Shown here piece after piece: positions 56,559 to 64,000 of a stretch of 64,000 bases of DNA. Positions within the stretch are counted from its first letter, which is position 1; each line of letters opens with the position of its first letter. The stretch is from Octopus sinensis (lineage: Eukaryota): contig NC_043004.1 in assembly GCF_006345805.1 (NCBI RefSeq), positions 38,812,001 through 38,876,000 of the forward strand, given 5' to 3'. A program made the position numbers and the translations under genes. The notes beneath the pieces were generated by a model. That model was not told where the DNA came from and searched no databases. It was given only the letters and a program-made list of their open reading frames with translations.

Positions 56559-57535
56559 AATAATATTGCTAGAAACAGTATTATATATAAGGAACGTTTT
56601 TGCTGTTGTTGCTGTTGTTGTTCTTGCTCTTGTATACCTCCCTGTCAGTCGTAGTCATTTTATCGTCCCTTTCAGACATTGTTCTCTTCTAGCTATATCT
56701 TCTTAATATATCCCTCCAATTTATGAACGCTGGGTGAAAATTTAGAGAGGATTTGGTTGCTATTTCTAGCAGATCATGGGATTACGTAGAATGTCTCCAG
56801 TAATGACTCTTTATTCAAATGATGCACAACACTAAAACCTAGCAATGTTAGTTTATACCAGATGTAAATGTTCCAGGAAAGTTCCAGTATTCTAACGAAG
56901 TTATTATATGAGCACTCTGCGTAATCTACTTGGTGAAGACGTGTGGCCAGTTCGTTTTTATTATTTTCTATTCTGGGTAATATATAGCGTATTTACTACC
57001 TTTTGTCACCTTCATTGCTGTGTATTGCTTACTATACTCCACAACTTAATCATGCTCACTTGATTATCTGGAATTAAAGGAGACAAGCGGAAGAGATAGC
57101 TATCAAATTATTTGATTGGCAAATAGATAGAGTGGTTAGTTTATTTAGACTGTCTTAGCTTTAGAATATCTTAGTTTACTAAAATCTTTTGTCCCCGTCG
57201 ATATTGTTTAGCCAAAAATCTCTTCCATCTATAGTATTTACTTTTTAATAATTTTAGGTATTTCACTGCAGCCAAACGGGGATACGCGCCTTGACGACTT
57301 AGCTGAATAAGTGGATCCCAGAATTTATCCGATTAAATTTGGTGCTTATTCTATCTAGTCACGGGGAGGCAAATAAACCATCACCACTAGTGTGTGGGTC
57401 TGTGTGTGTATTATGTGTCTCCGTGTACACGTGTACGTGTGTGTGCATGTGTGTGTGTATACACGAAAACTATGTCTTATGTTTATCAAATGCAGTGTAT
57501 CTTGGACACATCATCAAATGTGTTCTTTTTCTCAG

Positions 57536-57580
57536 CCTGTACGCTATGATTTGACAGAGATTTGGTTACTTTTTACCAAG
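57536..57580 (+). CDS. Putative coding exon (45 nt, phase 0-0); PVRYDLTEIWLLFTK
   Basis: Strong acceptor tgttctttttctcag and donor AAG/gtaagc, open frame, joins in frame to the 51522-51565 exon. Confidence 0.65.
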
Positions 57581-57702
57581 GTAAGCGACTGTTTTGAAAT
57601 TCTTTCATGACTTAAGGGCAGCATGTGATATGAGATTTGGCTATTATTTTTAGCAAATCTTGCAACCAAACTTTCTGTCTAATATTCATAAACAAAAGTC
57701 GC

Positions 57703-57772
57703 CCCTCGGTGACATATAGTAAGTATTCCTGCCTGCCACGTAGGAAACCGCAGATCGAATCCCTATCATCCC
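57703..57772 (+). pseudogene. Degenerate tRNA-Asp-derived pseudogene with anticodon reading GCC
   Basis: ccctcggtgacatatagtaagtattcctgcctgccacgtaggaaaccgcagatcgaatccct aligns by eye to eukaryotic tRNA-Asp(GTC). Anticodon arm cctgc-ctgccac-gtagg pairs; T-loop and acceptor stem are damaged. Confidence 0.6.
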
Positions 57773-59073
57773 GATAGACGTTATACACTATAAATGTGGT
57801 TTCCCCAGCATAGGTACAGGCATTGAACTGCAACACATAAAGGAATGAAAGAAGATATCCTGTTATAAAATGTTCGAGGAAATTGGTTGTCCGGGAAATA
57901 TCATTATTCCAGCTGATGGAGTGGATATTTCACATATATCAAAAGTGGAAACAGTTGATGATCGATGCGGCTTTGATTGCTTCATAGGAAATATTGCCAA
58001 TCAAATATCATCCAAATCACTGAATTCTACTAAAATCTTATGGATGGATTGAATACAAGGATTTTACTGTCGTCCATGTAGTTTTCTATGTCCAATGCCT
58101 GAGAATATTTATTTTTCGCATACTTAAATTCCATTAAAAACATATTCCTCCTCACCACCACCAACACAACCATCATCACCACCACCACGACCACTGCTAG
58201 TACGGCTGCTGCTGCTGCTACTGCCGTTGTTGCTTCTACTAATGCTATAAGGATAGTGAATCTAGAGAACCGTCGGAGCGATGTATTCGTTTATATCCTG
58301 AGTCATCTTCTCACTGCGGTCACCTCTATCTTTTATCATTCAATGATCGATCGAAAAAAAAAACCAGAAAAGAATCAATAAAGCAGTACAGTTCATTTCA
58401 TTGACCCTCGCACTAACTTAGTAGCCTTCTATGTGAGTCAGCAATCGTCGCTTTTTTTTGTCATCACCGACACTAACGCCGTCGCTGTTATCACTGTGAC
58501 ATGATCATGATCACGGTCACCATGACTGTCATTGCCGCTGTAGTCGCTACCTCATAACACACGCTCACACACATACTCACACACATTTTTTTCTTTTGTC
58601 CTTTGATGTCCATTATGCTTTTCTTAATGTAAACCTTTGTGGTTAGTGAAGAAATGTGGGTGAAAGTTGCGAAAATAGCAAGAGTGAATGGTACCTCGCT
58701 AAGTGTAGACCTGTGAGTCGGACAGAAGGATTTGGAGAGGGTACTTTTCCAGGGGCTTCATGGAAATCCCGGACAGTAGGGTTCCTCCATTATCACTAGA
58801 GGTGTTCCTGTATTAGGAGAGCCACATCTTTATCATCCCCAGCCCGTTCTTTTAAATGTTGTATGCTATGCTTATGTCCCTTCTTTTCTAGTGTATACGT
58901 GTATACCGTGTATACATTATTTGTTTTTTTTTTGTCATTTCAGTATTATATGTAAACCACCACATTTTATGTCTGTCTTTGTAGTGTCCCCCTCGTCCTT
59001 TCCCCTCGTGACAAATAAATGAAATCATCATTATCATCATCATCATCATAATTATCATTATTATTATTATTAT

Positions 59074-59522
59074 TTCTTTTTTTCACAGATTTTGTTGGAG
59101 CTCCTGGAGTCTTGCATGCGTAGCAGACATGCTACCTGCAGCCTACGGTGCCATGCTATCAGTGCTTTTCAGTTATCTCATACTTTCCTGATTATCCTTG
59201 CCGTGCCAAGGAGGCGAACCCTTTGTAACAGTTCCACTGGGCTCTCTATTCCAATTTCTTTGATATTCCACTTGGTGCCTTCTGATACTGTTCTCAAGGA
59301 CCCAACAATATTTGACACTATTTTCACCCTCTTCCTTTTCCATAGCCGAGCTATTTCGCACTTAAGAGTGTTATTTATTTATTGTTTCGCCTTCCTTCTT
59401 GACTATTCGTGGGTCAAAGCACCGCACTGTTCTACCCAATTGCAACTACTCTAATGTTACTTGGTCGGAATTTAATCAAGTGTTCATTTGTGCAGCTATT
59501 TGTGCTTTACATTCACCAAATC
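59074..59522 (-). pseudogene. 3' fragment of an R4/Dong-type non-LTR retrotransposon between (ATT)n arrays
   Basis: Minus strand DPRIVKKE...LKCEIARLWKRKRVKIVSNIVGSLRTVS...IKEIGIESPVELLQRVRLLGTARIIRKV*, then UTR and AAT tail. Confidence 0.8.
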
Positions 59523-59535
59523 TTATTATTATTAT

Positions 59536-59566
<31 letters not shown>

Positions 59567-59577
59567 TTATTATTATT

Positions 59578-59890
59578 GTGTGAGAGAGCAGTTCATCCCA
59601 TCAAGATGAAACTGGAGTAAAATATGCGAAGCTCAGTATATCCATCTGATAACGTAAACCACACATATGCATCACAACCATATGTGCGCGATGTGGTGAT
59701 ATTATATCAAGAAAAACAGTGCATGACCTTGGAGGTGGAGGCCCAATCAGAATTTTGTTCAGGTCGAGTAGCCCATCTCTCTGAAAAGGTCCTTTAATAA
59801 GGGTTGTTTGAGGATGTTGAACGAAACAACCATGTTTCCAAATGTAAATTATCGAAACCCGAAAGAATTCCTCTCAACATATGGCCCCAC
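59578..59890 (-). mobile_element. Inverted, 5'-truncated homolog of the 53475-53960 (AAT)-associated repeat
   Basis: tgtgagagagcagt...atatgcatcacaaccatatgtgcgcga...gaggatgttgaacgaaacaaccatgtttcc. Confidence 0.75.
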
Positions 59891-60931
59891 TACTATGCTT
59901 TGAAGAGCGCAATGTGTAATATAAAATCCTAGTAACAAATATCTCCATAATATATCTGACTTCCTGCAGTTCAAGCAAGGCAAGAATAAGGAAAAATATG
60001 CGAACATAAATCTATTTACAAATTTCGCTTTTTTCTAACTCGGTCAAAGAGATCGTCGAGATTTTTACTTCATAAGCTGGCCATTTCATCTTCTAAACAC
60101 TGCGTCTCAATGATCAATTTATCCCCTTTCTCTTCTCTGTACTCTGTAATTATGTCATGACTAAAACTGAATGGAGCTGCTGATATTTACTTGCTCCTTA
60201 AATAACGATTTCACCAATCCGTTTCTTAAAATCTTTCAGTATTCAGAAGGGCGACTCAGGTGATTAAGGCGAGTGCATTGCACGGACTATTTAACTTCCA
60301 GTTCATTTTATTGGCCCAAGAATGGACTTGACGCAAAACCGACTTCTATGAGATTCGATCTCAGATCCTAATGAAGCAGAAAAAATCCGAATGACACTCG
60401 AGCGATTGTGAATCAACAAACCACAAACACTCTACAATATAAATCAACTGTATAAACTGGCTTACGACCACAAACATCTTGTTATATTGACAGGCTACGT
60501 GACCTCTTTATTTTGCCAACTTAGAGCAAATAAACTCTCTAATATCCAACTGTGATTTTACATTGCTTCTCACTGAGGTCATTATGAAGTTGGTTTTGAC
60601 TGGCTATATTTTAAAATAGATGTTGTTTTCACAGTGAATAAACGTAGCAACATAACGTCACGAATTATAACGTCAATCTACGACTCTATGTCAACTGCTT
60701 GGAATCTAGCATATAGAAAATCGATAAAGAGGCACTGTAGAACAGCTACTAATTAAAAAGCAATATTTAAAAAGTAGCTTATTGATCATTATAGATTTTC
60801 TGTTAGCAACCAATTAAGGGCACAACGTATGATAAATCCATTCATACAATTGGGGTTGTATAATTATTGACATACAGAGGGAGAAAAAGGAGAGAGAGGA
60901 ACAGAGAGAAAGAAAAGTAGATACATACATC

Positions 60932-61008
<77 letters not shown>

Positions 61009-61012
61009 ATAT

Positions 61013-61170
61013 TGATATATACAACAAAAGAATGAAAGAGACCTCGATATTATGTAAATAGAGGAATTTATCTGTAAATATAATATGTGATAATTATTCG
61101 GTAGTCATGATAAAATTCTGAGTTTGGGATGTCGGGGCGGAAACCCACGCCGGCATTTCTTCAGTTATCG
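61013..61170 (-). mobile_element. Second copy of the hammerhead-bearing (TA)n-associated repeat; hammerhead core degenerate (61109-61169)
   Basis: Minus strand gataa-CTGAAGA-aatgccggcgtggg...ccgacatcc-CAAA-ctcaga-att-ttatc; GAAA is mutated to CAAA. Confidence 0.7.
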
Positions 61171-61947
61171 GGTCAGCGGAAAAAATGCTATGAAAATGAC
61201 CGTTAAACGAAGGGAAATTACTCTGTCATAGACCGCTATATGACAAAAGAGCTATTGGAATGACCGCTAAGTAAGAGGAGGGAGTAAAGGTAAGAGAGTA
61301 AAAAGTACATAGCAATCGCGTTAGCGCGCATGTCCATACATAAACTTGCGCGCATGCACACCCACGTGCATGTGCTTATATGTATATACTCATCCACCCT
61401 CACTTGAAACGCACACATGCTCTCCCAGACATTTGCCAAAAAATAAAAATATATTCATACCCGAATACACGCTCGCACACACACTCGCGCACAAAAAAAG
61501 GTTCATACACTCGTCAATATACACACATGCACAAGTAAAGAAGACTAAAGGCAAAATATGGAAAAATGTGTAAAAATATGTAAAAAATAAGCAATAAGAA
61601 TAACAAGTAATAGTGTAAATATGCTCATGGCGAACACGTATGAGCGCATGTCCGTACGCACACCAACATACATGTGCGCATGTGCATATGCTCGTCCACA
61701 CTCGCTTGAAACACACAAATGCGCACCCCAACATTCATCAAAAAATAATTTACGTATACACGCATATATTAAATTTATTTCGTCACTGTATTTACTGCGG
61801 TGATGTTTTAACCATATCGCACATGGAATTAAGAAGCGGGCATTTTCAACAAGTCATGACGCATACGTGCATATATATGTATGTATACGTTCGTATATAT
61901 AAGTATTCGTATGTTGTATTCATATATATATGTTTCTCTCTGTGCAT

Positions 61948-62006
61948 ATTCCACTGATGAGGCAAAGCATTCCTAAATGCAAAGCCAAAAATCCGAGATC
62001 TGGAAT
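61948..62006 (+). ncRNA. Degenerate type I hammerhead-like motif
   Basis: attcca-CTGATGA-ggc(aaagcattcctaaatgcaaa)gcc-AAAA-atccgagat-C-tggaat. 6-bp stem I; G12 appears mutated to A. Confidence 0.5.
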
Positions 62007-62354
62007 TATCCAGTAATTTTTACTTGTTTTTGTCTTTTTGTCTTCTCTCCGTGTTGCTATATGAACACTTAAGGTGGTTTTAGAGTCAGATCATGGCTGC
62101 TATTTTCAGCATGGCGGTATCTCGTAGATACCCTAAGTTATAATTTTAATAATTATTACCTTTGAAGGTTATTCTTTCCATGCTGGCCACTTCATAAGAT
62201 CAATATTTTATTTTAAATTAACGATCTTATCCTTATTTATATAAATTTATATATATATATATTACGGGAAAGTTTACGAAAATAAACGAAAGACGAAGGC
62301 AGGTGGTGTACAAACAAACAGATGTATTAGTATATCGCTCAGGAATAGAAAAAG

Positions 62355-62392
62355 CCTTTTACGTTTCGAGCCTACGCTCTTCAACAGAAAGG
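62355..62392 (-). ncRNA. Minimal hammerhead-like motif (variant core) in a (TA)n-flanked repeat (about 62262-62450)
   Basis: Minus strand ccttt-CTGTTGA-a-gagc(gtag)gctc-GAAA-cgt-A-aaagg. Stems perfect, core A6 replaced by U. Same architecture as 9929-9963. Confidence 0.45.
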
Positions 62393-62524
62393 TACATAGA
62401 AAAAACAAGGAGAGAAAAGAATGTTTGTAGTAGCTAACGATCTATCATGATATATATATATATATATATCATGATACATATATACATGCAGGATGTAGAA
62501 AAATAACACATGACTTGATGTGTA

Positions 62525-63718
62525 TTGCGTTGGCAACTAAGTTCCCGTCGTTTTATTAAATTTTGGAATAAATTTTCTTTTTTTCTAGTTACTTTTAGTT
62601 GACTTTTGTTTATTTTTCGATCATCAAAATGGAATGTCAACCTAAAACAAAAACAAGCATTTTCAGCACCTCCATCTTTTTGCTTTTAATCAAGCTTCTA
62701 AGGCCGCAAAAGCTGCTCGTGACATTTGTGCTGTGTATGGAGAAGGTACCACAGCAGAAAGGACAGCTCGTGTTTTGTATGCCAAGTTCAAAAATGAAAA
62801 TTTTGATCTCAAACACGAACCTCGTTATGGATTTCTAGTTGAGTTCGATGAAGAGCAACTAAACCAACTTTTGCACGAAAATTCTCGTCAAACAAGGGAA
62901 CTGTCATAGAAAATGGAATGCCCCAAGACGGCTATAGAGAAGCATCTTCACTCGATGGGAAACGTTGAGAAATATGGAGCATGGATTTCGAATGCGTTAA
63001 GTGACAACAACAAAAATCAACGAGCAATAATCTCCGCCGGTTTGTTTGCTCGTCACCGCTCAATTCATGGACACAAGGAACGATTTTTTACCGAATCGTT
63101 GCTGGCGACGAAAAATGGTGCCTGTATATCAATATTAAGCAAGGTAAAGAATGGCTTAGCCACGGTAAACAAGCGGCACCGCGCGTGAAACGAGATCTTC
63201 ATCCGCGTAAAGCGATATTGTGTGGAACTGGGAAGGGATTATCCATTACGAATTGCTTGAACGGAACCAAACGGTCAACACGGAACTATATGTTCAACAG
63301 ATGAAACGACTCAACAGGGCTTTGGCAGCATGGCGTTCTTCTGCTGCACGACAACGCCCGCCCTCATATCGCCAATATGACCCAGGAAGCCATTCAAAAC
63401 TCATAGCTGGGAAGTTCTGCCACACCCGCCGTACTCTCCTGATTTGGCATCAAGGGATTTCCACGTCTTTCGATCTCTTTCAAATGCTATGCATGGAGTT
63501 TCATTCAATACTGATGCAGAATTGAGAGCTCGGTTGGATCAAATTTTCGAGTGGAAATCGGCCGATTTCTATCAACGATGTATTGAAAATCTTGTTGAAC
63601 GTTGAGAAGAAGTAAAAAACAAGGGTGAGTACATTATTGATTAATTAGTTAATTTTTATTAAACATTTAAAAAAATTTAAATAAAAAAAAAACAGCGGGA
63701 ACTTAGTTGCCAACACAA
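62525..63718 (+). mobile_element. Near-full-length mariner element (DD34D, mellifera-subfamily-like) with pseudogenised transposase
   Basis: TA|TTGCGTTGGCAACTAAGTTCCCG ... CGGGAACTTAGTTGCCAACACAA|TA. Frameshifted ORF with RIVAGDEKWCLY, WNWEGIIHYELL, LHDNAR, HPPYSPDLA..DFH.FRS, ends GEYIID*. Confidence 0.95.
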
Positions 63719-63915
63719 TATAAGGAAAATAAGACAAGGTAGAAAATGCTAAAATAATCTTATCATGAAGAACATTTTAGTACCGGTTTCTGTCTATTAG
63801 ACTTTTTCAGCTAAGAGTAAAATAATAAAAACAAATTGGAGAAAAATTTAAGTGAAATGCTTTGTAGATATTTCCATAATCTTTAAATAGTAAATATTTC
63901 TATAGTCTTCAGATA

Positions 63916-63946
<31 letters not shown>

Positions 63947-64000
63947 TGCTACTTTGTGACTGCGTCGTAGGTGGGTAGTAGAGAATCTGAAGGAACAGTT

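Noticed and set aside
59962-60066. Possible phase-0 terminal exon FKQGKNKEKYANINLF...IFTS*
   Set aside because: The acceptor is acceptable, but there is no independent support and the region may be decayed LINE sequence. Left unannotated.

Overview
AT-rich, microsatellite-saturated animal genomic DNA. The SINE repertoire (tRNA-headed CORE-type SINEs and companions) and overall texture point to a cephalopod, most likely Octopus. This is an inference, not a database result. Nearly all ORFs in the supplied track are translations of microsatellites or decayed transposons. The window looks mostly intronic. I can read a chain of small, phase-compatible plus-strand exons (1157-1228, 14580-14664, 40648-40734, 51522-51565, 57536-57580, plus weaker candidates) from a gene I cannot name. 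Around it are many mobile elements: four or more SINE families, a near-full-length mariner with TIRs and TA TSD (62525-63718), other mariner and maT fragments, non-autonomous Helitrons, Penelope-like GIY-YIG fragments, R4/Dong-type LINE fragments in (AAT)n arrays, three MITEs (one carrying a TTAGGG array with an 8-bp TSD) and a tRNA-Asp-derived pseudogene. The least expected signals are seven minimal hammerhead-ribozyme-like motifs of the Penelope/retrozyme type, mostly in short repeats next to microsatellites, and a loop-less palindrome of about 117 bp next to the best-preserved one. No rRNA, intact tRNA gene, CRISPR array or prokaryotic feature is supported. Repeat boundaries are by-eye and approximate unless TSDs or termini are quoted.
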